57,255 nucleotides of DNA from a virus (IMGVR_UViG_3300049489_000428:1-57255), one strand, 5' to 3'. Shown: positions 25,001 to 34,693, counted from the stretch's first letter. Numbers and translations are program-made. The notes: generated from the sequence alone by a model not told the origin.

Positions 25001-26276
25001 TGCTTCCGTACTTGGTGTAGGTATTGACAAAGCTTTTGACAAAGTTGGTCTAGCTGGGTATGATATGCGTAACAAACTTATTAAAGCTGCTGGCGGACTA
25101 GAAGCATTTACCAATAAGTTTAATTTCTACTTTGAGAATTTCTACTCTGAATCGCAGCGTGGTGCTATGGCAATGAGTGAAGCACAAGGTGTAGTAGTTA
25201 GTGCATTTGCTGCCATGGGTCGTGAGATTCCAACAACTCGTCAGGGATTTAATGATTTAATGACTGAGTTTCTTGGAATGGGAGAAGCTGGACAAACGTT
25301 AGTAGCTCAACTACTTGATGTAGCTCCTGCCTTCGATATGATTCATGATGCTATTGAGGGTGCTCTACAAGTTATTGAAAGCGCACTTGACAGCATTCAG
25401 GCCAAAGCGTCTGATTTTAGAGAACAAATACTTGACGATACTCAATCAGATGAAGAGCGTTGGAAGAGAATTAAAGGTCAAGTTGACAAGAATGTGGATG
25501 TATTAGATACGATTAGTGGAATCAGCAGTGAAGATCTCGGTGCCCTCAGTGTCGCAGATATTGTAAAGAAAACTACTGAAGTACAAACTAATACTGAAGC
25601 TGCGATTGGCGGAGTTCAAAAACTTTGGGATAGTTTATCCGAGGATGAGAAGAAGATCCGCGGACCAGAATTTTTAAGATGGATAGATACTATTGAGTCT
25701 AATAGCGCTACCATTTTAGCAAGACTTGGTCAAGCTGCTCTAGCAAAAGGTGGGGACGTGGATGAAAACGGGGTACCCGTAACTAAACCCTCTACAACGC
25801 CAGAAACCACTAATGCTCTTCTAGAAGGTCTTCCTGAAAGTCTAGCAACCAAATTAGATGCAAGTTTTGTAACTGGAGCTAATCTAATTGCGACCAGCCT
25901 ACAAGGGGTATTTAATGGTTTTGCCACTACGTTAACTGATGCACTATATGGAACTCCTTCTGCATTGACGGATATGGGAGAGTTACCTGCGGCGGAAGGA
26001 CAACCGGAAATTGATACTTTCAAAGTCTCAATGGAGCTGCTAGATACTATCCAACAAAAATCAAGACAAAATCAAGAAGACTTAATGGCCCAGCAACAGC
26101 AGGCCTTTGACAGAATAGCGGCAGAACTCCTGGATGCTGCTAGAACAATGGTAAATGCTGCTGCTGGCCAACAATCCGCTGCTAACACAATGCATCAAGC
26201 TGCTAATGCAATTCCAAGCAAGTTTGAGATCAAAGTGGAGCAGGAAAAAACTTCAGGTAATTCAATTGGAGTGTAA
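19080..26276 (+). CDS. tape measure protein, 2398 aa
   Basis: T5 pb2-like N-terminus (GGLV..YA..AAN.FA, KLEPELLDELG); Ala-rich helical. Confidence 0.92.
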   Translation: MASYNSGPIVFKVTTEGLVQAAAAAQSVNKDMTAAAAAAGRMGKAASGALKQSQSGLFAENREYGQARGVTGMTGAGGRDFAKQAEGLGGLVRLYATFAANIFAVSMAFEALKRSFQFEQLQRASDAFAVTTGKNLSYVAQQMKELSQGALTDKAAQSYANYGASAGFTADQMKRLVVVAKGASQALGRDMGDSIDRLIRGTGKLEPELLDELGLLTRTKQAGIEYGKSIGKTFEQLTQFEKTQAFVNAVLKEGEQKFGAVAAAVNVSPFERLQAAVVNAGTSILNVLNKAIAPLASFLANNSSALYGGIIAAILYLAKTALPMLNKASDEANLKAIANSKKELEYHKTKRTELAEQMKIQQQYASTTTRQYDEQIAAYRKEADSYIKEMTRKMDANSAFRKAAATPGFTSQTKFGKDNLTSEQYLTQLRDRQIKIAQQLEGVDARRAAHAELLAARYDKQVTAARNLQAAEQLLVELHKERGQELAVVKQAEAEIARLKKDSVAEQKLFISDLKKGALVNIGSITQMDGIKAGFSTFKSEFAGIKTAAAEAGTSISKLGMAGFAASSMIKIGINGIIGSMGKLMAAFGWISFAIVMFDTLASAFGGYNKGIDKLIESQSTFDKVLQNSAGQIGIFQKMASGVDGTTASFIKLKEYSGNVLTGIAEGISEISKAFNTFNNESGPVTAIKERALKIFDADATTKQAEQLKTSIITALATVTPEDKKKVESAVLSAIPNAKTMNDALSIIGSSSANALAGIGNSLAISFTQLDLVLKNQNSSLKQAKEAWKNLGDEMTKLGEKEIVKNPKLKGVAQALDSIIQSLDSADTSKAQEMFASLGEDNFVQLIALGEKYKVDMTEVTAAVYAARDAELQRAAAIRLAASEEEAAAKKRAERILTVADHFNRIGSKQDSFNAQDKNLDEDNLTSGGATSILKKMAEEKEALMELKKDILSDKQFKEDPAAAAAAAKSIDAILLAMEERIVYRQKSMLERFSDFGKSIAIAVTSGASQLENKIPEVPGKIKDDGRPQRVPGATAAEIEAYQNRNNKPNNAGTTLKTLYDKIANAKSGEGSSAKLSKEYEYTIQLLKAQLAIVKEISSIQQDLIGYVTAETRARSEAYGYALAQANYLKQMAELDNSDKKANGDKAGAAAATKEANKQARIVAEQLREESNRAVLLERLRNDIAAEKVRIEQEYYYYLEESLKIQGTIVSFAKEFNLMSSANSSIATASLAAEKELLSIQKQRELQELKIFQIREAISKAQALGDTKTASELEAMLRSSESALANQEKQKKLTEERIRLEQQLTVELAKQKQMWDQMAAVGEALSSIIEFQLSTQSSIVSYSQVSYANAQQEAILIMQATKALREKLTLLGLSMESEEGQIIALSEQLKISQQIYDNRRKIWELASKDNSGADFGKTLAQGFHYAVEDFRKNMSSAITTIIGATMSGIDASVDYIIKNLKDGVQSTLKGMAKAFGQTAKDVLLQYIGDKVKLALKQIITNMFSDKAESLEDINRKVAESMNTASKTLADVDITNKQLINALGSLEQAIRNTAAASPSSGYSANNNIDIAPMQDAISDLSSSMDKAGGDMDTVTSSMVSGSSTIETATQAAGGSMLQTAGWFAKGISGTMNAIKGILGSFGVKVGGTAGAVMDTVSGFGNMLGSVASIGTNASTALGLLSSASTASSGAMFSALTSTTGQMLGLSTAMESGAFAMSGVADALMGLAAAAPYIAAIAIAIFAAYKIFGKKRGGDKYEGYGGAGVNDKGIIEASDTIKSGDRGFKSENEGKSFAEEWSKGVLSGAKGIMDSMGRKLSQSVEAGLGFEIDVAKNATGDSKGIGTVKKDGQVVYSSLEGGAPHGDEEGFQKWLADEAKRTMFATLKAQDDLPQNVAKYFETIAYDAIKTLSPEEITAKLDFVSVLAYIDTNNAKLTKLFGESIYDITEEGLQALQLQGEKYSETLARLSNTFEITNKFASVLGVGIDKAFDKVGLAGYDMRNKLIKAAGGLEAFTNKFNFYFENFYSESQRGAMAMSEAQGVVVSAFAAMGREIPTTRQGFNDLMTEFLGMGEAGQTLVAQLLDVAPAFDMIHDAIEGALQVIESALDSIQAKASDFREQILDDTQSDEERWKRIKGQVDKNVDVLDTISGISSEDLGALSVADIVKKTTEVQTNTEAAIGGVQKLWDSLSEDEKKIRGPEFLRWIDTIESNSATILARLGQAALAKGGDVDENGVPVTKPSTTPETTNALLEGLPESLATKLDASFVTGANLIATSLQGVFNGFATTLTDALYGTPSALTDMGELPAAEGQPEIDTFKVSMELLDTIQQKSRQNQEDLMAQQQQAFDRIAAELLDAARTMVNAAAGQQSAANTMHQAANAIPSKFEIKVEQEKTSGNSIGV

Positions 26277-26279
26277 TTA

Positions 26280-27035
26280 ATGAGAGACTTAACGGCTTCG
26301 TTAAGTAATCAGATAGCTGGGCGTTTCGTACGCCCAGCTTATTTGGTTAAACTTAAGTACAATGCAGTACAATATTTTCGCTGGTGTACTGGCGAAAACA
26401 CTATTGATTGGGCCGGGGATAGTTTAGACTACACTTCTCAGGGACTTGATATAAAGAATCTCGGCTGGGATCTAAACACTACTGGAAGAATCACTATAAC
26501 GGTACAGAATTTAGATAATGTAATTGGGCAAACTATATTAGCTAACGATTTAGCCGGTATGCCTGCTCAGGTGTGGATGATTTATCTATATGATAAGTTA
26601 ATTCTATACTCAGCAACTAGTCACGCTTCTGGAGCGACTACTTTTAGTATAACGGAAGCAATCCCCAAAGATATACCAAGTACAGGTACTTTATATCTAT
26701 CCAATACTCAATCATTTACATACTCAGCAATAAATGGTAGGTCTTTTGCCTGTTCTTCACTTCCTAGAGTTATTAATAGTGGAGAGCCAGTATATATCAA
26801 TAGAACTGGTCAATACGCAGTTTCTGATGCGATTCAGGTATTTGATGGAATTATTGATGATGCCGAAATAACAGAAAAACAGTGCGTTATTAATTGTGTA
26901 CCGGACAGCTTTTTAACCCAGTATACACCACGACGCAGAATAAATAAAGATAATGGTTTTAATGTTTTACCTCAGACAGGATTAAAGATACAATGGGGTA
27001 GCGAGTTGTTTGTTTTAGAGAAGGCGGATTATTAA
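26280..27035 (+). CDS. baseplate/minor tail protein (gpL/DUF2163-like)
   Basis: MR.LT, FDGIID, PRRRI, I.WG pattern; position. Confidence 0.6.
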   Translation: MRDLTASLSNQIAGRFVRPAYLVKLKYNAVQYFRWCTGENTIDWAGDSLDYTSQGLDIKNLGWDLNTTGRITITVQNLDNVIGQTILANDLAGMPAQVWMIYLYDKLILYSATSHASGATTFSITEAIPKDIPSTGTLYLSNTQSFTYSAINGRSFACSSLPRVINSGEPVYINRTGQYAVSDAIQVFDGIIDDAEITEKQCVINCVPDSFLTQYTPRRRINKDNGFNVLPQTGLKIQWGSELFVLEKADY

Positions 27036-27376
27036 TGGCTAGCACATATTCTACATCATATAGTCAGGCTGTAGAATCGGAAGAATCTTTATACGATGAA
27101 ATTATCGTAGATAGAACTGTGGCCGGGCTTATTAAGACTAGGGTATTGATTCCGACTTCTAATATTAAACTACAGTTTAAAGTAGTTCATCCGGTACTTA
27201 CACAAGCACAGAAAGATGCGGTAATTACCTTCTATAAAGATAATAGAGATATTGATTTTTACTTTACTTGGAAAGCAAATAATACTCAGTATCTCGTAAG
27301 ATATACGAGTGTTCCTATAGTTAGCATTATTGGTGGTGGATTTTATAAAGTAGAATTCACGGTAGCGGAGGTATAG
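27035..27376 (+). CDS. distal tail protein (gpM/Dit-like)
   Basis: 113 aa; FY......FYFTW, final F...EV. Confidence 0.6.
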   Translation: MASTYSTSYSQAVESEESLYDEIIVDRTVAGLIKTRVLIPTSNIKLQFKVVHPVLTQAQKDAVITFYKDNRDIDFYFTWKANNTQYLVRYTSVPIVSIIGGGFYKVEFTVAEV

Positions 27377-27377
27377 T

Positions 27378-30300
27378 ATGGGTACTGTAGCTTATGTAGA
27401 GAAAAATTACGCTCCAGGATACGTCTATACTCCAGATCCACCGAGAGAGACTATGAACAAATCCGATAGTAAATCGGATAAACGACAAACGATGTTTAAC
27501 GCTGAGGGGGGAGTAATTCCTGTTATCTACGGTACTCAGCGTGTAGGTGGAAAGATATTTGCAATACGACATGCATTTAATTCTCTACATATCGGAGTTA
27601 TTTTTTGCGAAGGACCCGTAGATAGCTTCGTATCCTTAGAGGTAAATGATAAACCTGTTTCTGAATATACATCTATTACGTATCAAACATTCACAGGTAC
27701 ACAGTCCACTTCCTCTTCGCTATTAGTAGCGGCATTCTCTCATGCGCCTACTACAACATATACAGACGTTCTACCCAATGTTTGTTATGCAGTACTAAAA
27801 CTTAAACCAAGTGAAGACTCTTCCGGATTTCCACGAATTACCGCAGTTATTAAAGGTAAGAAAGTATATGATCCTAGAGATTCTACTCAGACAATTGGAG
27901 ACACATCCACCTATAAATTTTCTAATAATCCGTCACTATGTTTAGCGGATCTAATACGTTCAGGAGTTTATGGACTTGGAAAAGAGTTTACTACTGAGGG
28001 TTGGAACTCTGTAGTTGAATGTGCTAATCTTGATGACTCATTAATTGGATCACCAACAGAAGTTAGACGTACTTTAGATATTGTAGTTGATAGAGAGCAG
28101 GAAACTAGAGCCTGGATTGAGACATTGAGGGGATATGCCTCATGCTTCGTCGTACCTGAAAATACTGGATCTTTAAAATTAATTCCAGATAAAATAATTA
28201 GTTATGCTTATAACTTAGATGGTAATGCTACTTCCTATGCCTCATTAACGGCTACGCCAACTATGCCCATCACTAATGGATTCTCGTTTGATGTATCCAT
28301 TAGACCTGATGCAACTATTTCTGCTAATGCGGTTATATTTGCAAAGGGAGCTTCGGCTTCCTCGGCTACAGATTACCTAGTAACTTACTCTCATGGAGCT
28401 AATAGTAGCTTTAGTATTAGTTTCAATAATACTGGTGGTACAAAAACATATACTGTTACTACCGGTGTACAATTATCAACAACTACTTTTTCGACATTAA
28501 GTTTTTCACTAGATAAAAATGGTGTATCTCGCGCACTTCTTACTACCGATACAGAAAGCCTTGGCCCACAAATAACTGTTTTGACGGTTACTAATCCTGG
28601 AGCCTATACGTATGCGCCAGTTAATACACCAACCTATGATTTCAGAGTTGGCTATCAAAACAGCTTAGTACCTTTTAAAGGACAAATAGATGAACTTCGA
28701 GTATGGTCACGAGATAGACTTGAAACGGAAATAAGAAAGTATGTAAGAATACCTCTGATTAAAAACTATGATGCATCTCTAGCAGTATGGTTACCATTTA
28801 ATGAAGGATATGTATCTAAATCATATAGTGGAAGTTGGACCAGTTCTAATAAGACTAGAGATCTAGTATCTGGTAATTGGGCGGTTATAAATGGACCAGT
28901 AACTCCTTGGTTTACTCCAACGGTTGCTGCACAGGTAAGACTATTCGCCCTGTATGATTTTATTAATTTTGATGGTAATAACATATTAGATAAGTCCGTA
29001 AAATTTAAGAAACGCGGTGTACTGAATGTTCCAAACATGGTGGAGATTGGATATACAGATAAGTCTGTAACTCCATGGATTGAGAATTATGCAAAGGTAG
29101 ATCAGTCAACTACAAGTAATTATAAGCCCTCTCGCATATCTATGCCTGGTATCGTTAGGTATTCACAAGCATTAAGAGAGGCTACTGAGAGATATAATAC
29201 AGCATTCTCAGATACAGTAATTACTTTTGGAACGTTTGATGAAACTCTATCATTAAATGTAGGTGATGGAATTCAGTTTCATCATCCACTGCTAGAAACT
29301 CCTGGGACTGTGTTTTTTAAACCATATAGAATAACTGGAATTCAACAAACTGGATACGGAAAATATAATTTATCTGCAATAGAGTATGAGCCGGCCGTGT
29401 ATTCTGAGACAGTAGCAACATCACCTACTTTCTCTGATACTAATTTACCTTCTGTTAACTCACCGGTTTCAATTACTGCTGGATTAATAGCCTCCACAAA
29501 TACGGGAGGTACGTCAGTAGCTGAAGAAGTTTATAAAAATCAGTATGGTATTTATACTTCCAGAATTAGAGCTATCTTTGCTCCTGCGGATTATCCATAT
29601 ACTTCCGAATATCATGTAGAACTATATAAAGCCGACGGAGTTACGAAACTAGAAGAAATTCGAATTCCTGCTGCGGCCACATTTACATATTCTAATCCAT
29701 ATGTTGGAAACGAGCCAAGATATAATTACGTAAGCTCTTCTAGTGTGAATCTATTAGAGAGTAATAATGCATATACAACTTACATATTAAAGATTTACAC
29801 TGTATCAATTTCTAGAACTCGTAGCACTCCAGTAACATTATCCGTTAGTACATCTGGTAAGAATATTGCTCCACCAAACGTATCCGATTTCAATGGTTAT
29901 GAAATTGGTGGCAGAGTATATTTATCTTGGAGTGAAGCGGCAGATATTGATATTGTAGATTATGAAATCAAATACGGTGATAAGGCCACATTAGCCGCAC
30001 TTAGTACAGATACTAATGTGCAGTATACGGCGGCAACACTATTAGATAGGACTGACACTCTTAGGTATAATTCAGCTAACATAGCTTCTGGAGAAAGACG
30101 TTTTTATATAAAAGCTAGAGACTCTGTAGGTAATGTATCTGCCAGCCCGTCAATTAAGGATATTGCTGTAACTAAAGATTCTAACAGTTTTAATGTTGGA
30201 ACTGCAGCGGTTACCGGTGGCACAGTATCTTCTAATGCCACTACTAATATGACGTCTTGGACTATGCGTCCGGATCCACAGAAGTGGTGGATTACTGATA

Positions 30301-31520
30301 TGGGTGATACATTTGCTAATGGTGGACAATCTCTGACCGCTGTAATTTCCGCATCTCCGACACTGTCATTCCAAAATCCACACACCAGCGGTAAGGCTGT
30401 TTGGTGTTCTGAGGTGGTAGATTTTGGAGCCTATGCGGTTGGTGGTAGTACCGGGTATTATACAGGTAACCTATCCTGTATTGTTTATCCAACTGCTATG
30501 CACGGTTCGTATACAGTATATATGGATTATTCTAGTACCAATGGCAATTTCTTAGCCTCTGCAAAAAATACAGACTGGTTTGAGACACTAGGTACGTCCG
30601 CAGTTGCTACATTACGTTGGGCTAGAATTAGAATAGAGAGTCAGAACAATACTACAGATGTTTTAATTGTAAGAGATAGTGCTACACTAAGCTTTGACGT
30701 TAACACTAAGGAAGAAGGTGGAATAGCTACTATTACTAATGGAACTACTGGTATGGTTAAAGTACAACTTACCAATAACTATAGTAAGGGAAAGAGTCTT
30801 ATTCTAACTCCGCAAGGAACTGGAGCAACACCACTAAGTGCAGTGTTTGATAAACTAGCAGTTGCTTCTGGAGCTCGAGATGGTACATTAGTACAATGTG
30901 ATAAAACCAGTACTGCTACAGAAACTAGTTGGTTTGGACTGACCAAAACAGGATTAGGAATAGCACTTCTGTCTACAGACTATATTGAATATGAGGTTTA
31001 TATTCAGCCTGGAAGTCCTGGTGAGTTTGGTAATATCGGGTACATGGATGCCGTAGCTACCGATGCAACGTGGATTGGTGCTGGTAGCTGGCTAGATCAA
31101 ACTGGTATTAATTCTGCTAATCCAAATGCTTATGGTACAACGGCGCAAGGCAGAGCATCTGGAGCTTGGTTTAAACGCAGCTTTAGTCTAAACTCCTGGG
31201 GAACAGCTGGTAAAAGTTTAAATACGTTATACTTTCCAGGAAGTAATTGGGGTACTAGTAATTTCACTGGCCAGGTAAGATATGGAATTCGCAATATAAG
31301 GATTACGAATGGTCAATTTGGCACAGAGCGTATAGCAATCTATACTACTGCATCACATAATGGTGTGGCAACTGATTATGGATGGACCACAATGACGGGT
31401 TCTAATACAATTGCTAATTTAATACTTCAGGCGCCTAACTGTTTCGATGTTTATTTATTAAATGCGTCGTCTGGTGCAAAATTAACTGGACAAGTTTCAT
31501 GGGTATTTAGAGGGATGTAA
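27378..31520 (+). CDS. central tail fibre/tip attachment protein (gpJ-like) with LamG and FN3-like domains
   Basis: IPVIYG..RVGG, KGKKVYDPR, SNNPSLCLAD; FKGQIDELRVW (LamG); L.W......I..YEI..G (FN3). Confidence 0.85.
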   Translation: MGTVAYVEKNYAPGYVYTPDPPRETMNKSDSKSDKRQTMFNAEGGVIPVIYGTQRVGGKIFAIRHAFNSLHIGVIFCEGPVDSFVSLEVNDKPVSEYTSITYQTFTGTQSTSSSLLVAAFSHAPTTTYTDVLPNVCYAVLKLKPSEDSSGFPRITAVIKGKKVYDPRDSTQTIGDTSTYKFSNNPSLCLADLIRSGVYGLGKEFTTEGWNSVVECANLDDSLIGSPTEVRRTLDIVVDREQETRAWIETLRGYASCFVVPENTGSLKLIPDKIISYAYNLDGNATSYASLTATPTMPITNGFSFDVSIRPDATISANAVIFAKGASASSATDYLVTYSHGANSSFSISFNNTGGTKTYTVTTGVQLSTTTFSTLSFSLDKNGVSRALLTTDTESLGPQITVLTVTNPGAYTYAPVNTPTYDFRVGYQNSLVPFKGQIDELRVWSRDRLETEIRKYVRIPLIKNYDASLAVWLPFNEGYVSKSYSGSWTSSNKTRDLVSGNWAVINGPVTPWFTPTVAAQVRLFALYDFINFDGNNILDKSVKFKKRGVLNVPNMVEIGYTDKSVTPWIENYAKVDQSTTSNYKPSRISMPGIVRYSQALREATERYNTAFSDTVITFGTFDETLSLNVGDGIQFHHPLLETPGTVFFKPYRITGIQQTGYGKYNLSAIEYEPAVYSETVATSPTFSDTNLPSVNSPVSITAGLIASTNTGGTSVAEEVYKNQYGIYTSRIRAIFAPADYPYTSEYHVELYKADGVTKLEEIRIPAAATFTYSNPYVGNEPRYNYVSSSSVNLLESNNAYTTYILKIYTVSISRTRSTPVTLSVSTSGKNIAPPNVSDFNGYEIGGRVYLSWSEAADIDIVDYEIKYGDKATLAALSTDTNVQYTAATLLDRTDTLRYNSANIASGERRFYIKARDSVGNVSASPSIKDIAVTKDSNSFNVGTAAVTGGTVSSNATTNMTSWTMRPDPQKWWITDMGDTFANGGQSLTAVISASPTLSFQNPHTSGKAVWCSEVVDFGAYAVGGSTGYYTGNLSCIVYPTAMHGSYTVYMDYSSTNGNFLASAKNTDWFETLGTSAVATLRWARIRIESQNNTTDVLIVRDSATLSFDVNTKEEGGIATITNGTTGMVKVQLTNNYSKGKSLILTPQGTGATPLSAVFDKLAVASGARDGTLVQCDKTSTATETSWFGLTKTGLGIALLSTDYIEYEVYIQPGSPGEFGNIGYMDAVATDATWIGAGSWLDQTGINSANPNAYGTTAQGRASGAWFKRSFSLNSWGTAGKSLNTLYFPGSNWGTSNFTGQVRYGIRNIRITNGQFGTERIAIYTTASHNGVATDYGWTTMTGSNTIANLILQAPNCFDVYLLNASSGAKLTGQVSWVFRGM

Positions 31521-31993
31521 TGGCTTATACACAATTTAATACGTCTCAGCCCAACCAGTCGCAACAGCGTGGGCAGGAGATAGATACAACAAGAACTAAT
31601 TTAATGGCGTTGCGAGATTCCATTATTATAGGAATGGCAGCAGGCTGGTCTCTTAGTATTTTTGATGGGCCCGGTGCTGGAACAGCAATTGCTGGAACAA
31701 CAATGACCGAATCGGTTTCTGGTTATCCCACTATTGCTACCGTAGTATCCACAGCCCCGGCTGTTCCGGCACAACCAACTCTACTATATCACAGAACTAC
31801 TGCAATTAACACCCCCGGAGAAAGATTTTTAATGAGAATGGGGTGGAATGTAAACGGGTATCCAGATAAAATCAGATATTATTATACCCCCAACTATTCT
31901 ACTACAGCCTTAGATTTTATAGGCAGAGAATCTATCACATACGACGGTAATTACAATGTTACTTTAGTTACATGGGATAGCACGGACAGTTAA
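31520..31993 (+). CDS. putative tail tip protein
   Basis: Coupled ORF within the tail module. Confidence 0.55.
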   Translation: MAYTQFNTSQPNQSQQRGQEIDTTRTNLMALRDSIIIGMAAGWSLSIFDGPGAGTAIAGTTMTESVSGYPTIATVVSTAPAVPAQPTLLYHRTTAINTPGERFLMRMGWNVNGYPDKIRYYYTPNYSTTALDFIGRESITYDGNYNVTLVTWDSTDS

Positions 31994-31994
31994 T

Positions 31995-32924
31995 ATGAGT
32001 GCACATTGGCTGCTGGGCTTACCAGCAAAAATTAAAGAAATTAATGATAAAATTAGTGGTACTATTACTGGTTCTAAACTAGACGCAATCCATACGGGCT
32101 TAACGGCCGGTACTAGAATGGCTAATTTAGATTACTTAGATGGTAGTATCAGTAGTTTGGCAAAATCCAAATCTACTCTTTATACTTCTGGAAGTGCTAA
32201 TTTTACAGTACCAACAGGTATTTATTGCCTTGATGTAATATGTCAGGGCGGTGGTGGTGGTGGTGGTTCCGGCGGTAATAACGGTGGTTCCTCCTGTGGG
32301 GGTGGAGGTGGTGGTGGAAGTGGTGCATGCTCTCGCGGACTAGTATATGTAACACCCGGACAGGTATTAACCTACGCGGTAGGAGCAGCTGGAACGGCTG
32401 GAGCAACACAAAGTACCGCCAGTACAGATGGTAACGCTGGTGGGGCTGGTGCGGCTTCAACATTTAGCTGGATTACGGCTTGGGGTGGTGGTGGCGGAAG
32501 TGGTGGTAAATATGCCGGAAATGGTGGGGCCGGAGGTAGTGGTGGCGGTTGGGGCGGAGGTGCGGGTGGTGCCGGCTCTATTACTACCACTGATGGTGGT
32601 AATGGTGGTGGTCCCGGAATAGCAACAACACTATTTATAGGTGGTTCTGGTGGTGGTGGTGGTGGTTCTGGTACTAGCAGTGGGGATGCTGGATGGGCGG
32701 GCTCTATTGGTTCTGCCTCCTCGACACCAAGAACCTATAGAGGGGGCGGACAGGGTGGTGGAACATACTGGGGTGCTGGGGGTCTTGGGGGTTTGGCGGC
32801 TAACGCTGGAGTAGCACCTTCGGCAGGAGCCTACGGTGCTGGCGGTGGTGGTGGGGGTGGTAATAGCGGACATGTTGGCGGGGCAGGTTTAGGCGGTTTC
32901 GTTTTAATCGCCTGGAATGGATAA
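31995..32924 (+). CDS. glycine-rich tail fibre/receptor-binding protein 1
   Basis: FTVP.G......GGGGGG, VTPGQ.....VG.AG and final G..G.V.I.W pattern of the Gly-rich domain. Confidence 0.8.
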   Translation: MSAHWLLGLPAKIKEINDKISGTITGSKLDAIHTGLTAGTRMANLDYLDGSISSLAKSKSTLYTSGSANFTVPTGIYCLDVICQGGGGGGGSGGNNGGSSCGGGGGGGSGACSRGLVYVTPGQVLTYAVGAAGTAGATQSTASTDGNAGGAGAASTFSWITAWGGGGGSGGKYAGNGGAGGSGGGWGGGAGGAGSITTTDGGNGGGPGIATTLFIGGSGGGGGGSGTSSGDAGWAGSIGSASSTPRTYRGGGQGGGTYWGAGGLGGLAANAGVAPSAGAYGAGGGGGGGNSGHVGGAGLGGFVLIAWNG

Positions 32925-32927
32925 TAT

Positions 32928-33889
32928 ATGCAACCGCATTGGTTAGTAAGTTTACCTTCTAAGGTAATTCAGATTTCGGCAAAAATAGTAGGTACAGTTA
33001 CCGGGTCCAAACTGGGTACTCGGGATTAACCGCCGGAACAAGAATGACAAATTTAGATAATTTAAACTTAAATATATCAACTACTGGTAAATTAAAAAGT
33101 CAAATATTTACAGCAAGTGGCTCCTTTACTGTTCCAGCCGGTGTAACAAGAATTGATGTTTTGGCACAAGGTGGTGGGGGTGGTGGAGGTAGTGGAGGGG
33201 TATGCACTTCTACCTCTTACTATAGTGGTGCTGGCGGTGGTGGTAGTGGGGCCATTAGCCGAGGTATGATGCCAGTAACTTCCGGTCAAGTCTTAACAGT
33301 TACCGTAGGGGCTGCGGGGGTAGGAGCGACAGCAGTAACCTCCAACTCACCTTTTGACGGGTTAACTGGCGGGACAGGGGGAACTTCTTCTGTAGACTGG
33401 ATTAAAGCGGCGGGTGGTGGTGGTGGTAAGGGTAGCTTTGGTAATATATCGGCCGTATATGGCGGTAGTGGTGGAGATGGTGGAGGATGGGGCGGCGGAG
33501 CTGGGGCTATGAATAATGCTACACCCCAATCCGCTGCATCACCTTACTACCAAACAGCACTATATACTGGAGGTGCGGGTGGTGGATCCGGAGGTTCAAG
33601 TCTAACCTCTAAGCTAGTTACTCAATATCAGGGGGCCGGCTATGGGTTTGGACCGGGTACCGTTGGTACAGCCTACTCTGATGCAGGCGCAGGAGCTGGG
33701 AGTTACTTCGGTCAAGGCGGGAATGGTGGAAAAACGGGGTTAGTAAATGGTTCTAGCCCCTCCGCTACAGCGTATGGGGCCGGCGGAGGTGGTTCAAAAG
33801 CGGTGGCAGCGTCTAGTGGTACCAGTGCTAGCACAAATGCTGGATCTAGTGGAGCTCAGGGGATGGTAATAATTTCTTGGTTATCATAA
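32928..33889 (+). pseudogene. glycine-rich tail protein 2, frameshifted near its 5' end
   Basis: 32928-33029 MQPHWLVSLPSK..GSKL and the other-frame GLTAGTRMTNLD both match paralog 1; 7 nt missing near 33015. Confidence 0.7.
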
Positions 33890-34026
33890 TGGAACTATTT
33901 TTAATTTTATTTATATTGTTTGGTACAGCTTTCTACATTGCCCTAAAGTGGGCAAAGTCGTCCAAACCGGAAGAATACGCGAAAGCGGTGGAGGATATTA
34001 AGCATGGGCTTAAAAACAAAGTTTGA
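33889..34026 (+). CDS. 45-aa single-TM protein (not in ORF track)
   Basis: MELFLILFILFGTAFYIALKWAKSSKPEEYAKAVEDIKHGLKNKV*; TAATG coupling. Confidence 0.55.
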   Translation: MELFLILFILFGTAFYIALKWAKSSKPEEYAKAVEDIKHGLKNKV

Positions 34027-34291
34027 GGGAATATTCAAAGAAAAGCCCGAAGACGAGGGTTATAGTTCCAGTAAATTATGGTTCAATACCTTTAATCTAG
34101 TGGCTACCGTAATTTATGCTATGTTAGGTTGGGCCGCAGCTCATGCAAATCCTCTACCACTAGAATCCTTCGCTTGGCTAACTCTAGTGATGGCAGGTGT
34201 TATTACTACCAATAAGTTTGCTAATAAGTTCCTAGAGTACAAATATGGCCAAACCACAACTGTAACGGTATCACCTACAGGAGCTAAATAA
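34004..34291 (+). CDS. putative holin (2 TM)
   Basis: S.SKLW.N motif, two TM segments, GGAGG SD, lysis context. Confidence 0.65.
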   Translation: MGLKTKFEGIFKEKPEDEGYSSSKLWFNTFNLVATVIYAMLGWAAAHANPLPLESFAWLTLVMAGVITTNKFANKFLEYKYGQTTTVTVSPTGAK

Positions 34292-34693
34292 ATGCCATTA
34301 CCTTTAGCACTACTTCCAGTTATGAGCTTTGCTAAAACATTCTGGAAGCCTATAGCTGCTATTGTTGCGTTTGCTATTCTCCAATTTTTCGTCTGGAATC
34401 ACGGACGAAATTTTGGAGAAGAACACTGTATTGCAAAATACGAACAGCAAATACGAGAACGAGATGAGGCTATAAATGAAAAGGTTTCAGAGCTGAATGA
34501 CTCATCCAATAAACTAGCAGTTAATCAAAAAGCTGATACGCAGAAATTACGAAAAGATTTACAACTAATTCTAGCACAGGTAAAAGAAGGTAAACAACCT
34601 GTTGTTATTGTAAAAGATGGAAAATGTTTGCCTTCCGAAACTTTTGTAGAAACTGTTAATAAGATTAATCGGAGGGTAAATGAGACTCCTTAG
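34292..34693 (+). CDS. i-spanin (Rz-like)
   Basis: N-terminal TM plus coiled coil, Cys near C-terminus. Confidence 0.75.
   Translation: MPLPLALLPVMSFAKTFWKPIAAIVAFAILQFFVWNHGRNFGEEHCIAKYEQQIRERDEAINEKVSELNDSSNKLAVNQKADTQKLRKDLQLILAQVKEGKQPVVIVKDGKCLPSETFVETVNKINRRVNETP

Noticed and set aside
19631-26023. Many minus-strand ORFs inside the tape measure gene
   Set aside because: Antisense shadows caused by codon bias.
31995-33889. Diversity-generating retroelement TR/VR pair
   Set aside because: The paralogs differ at all base types and no reverse transcriptase is present in the window.
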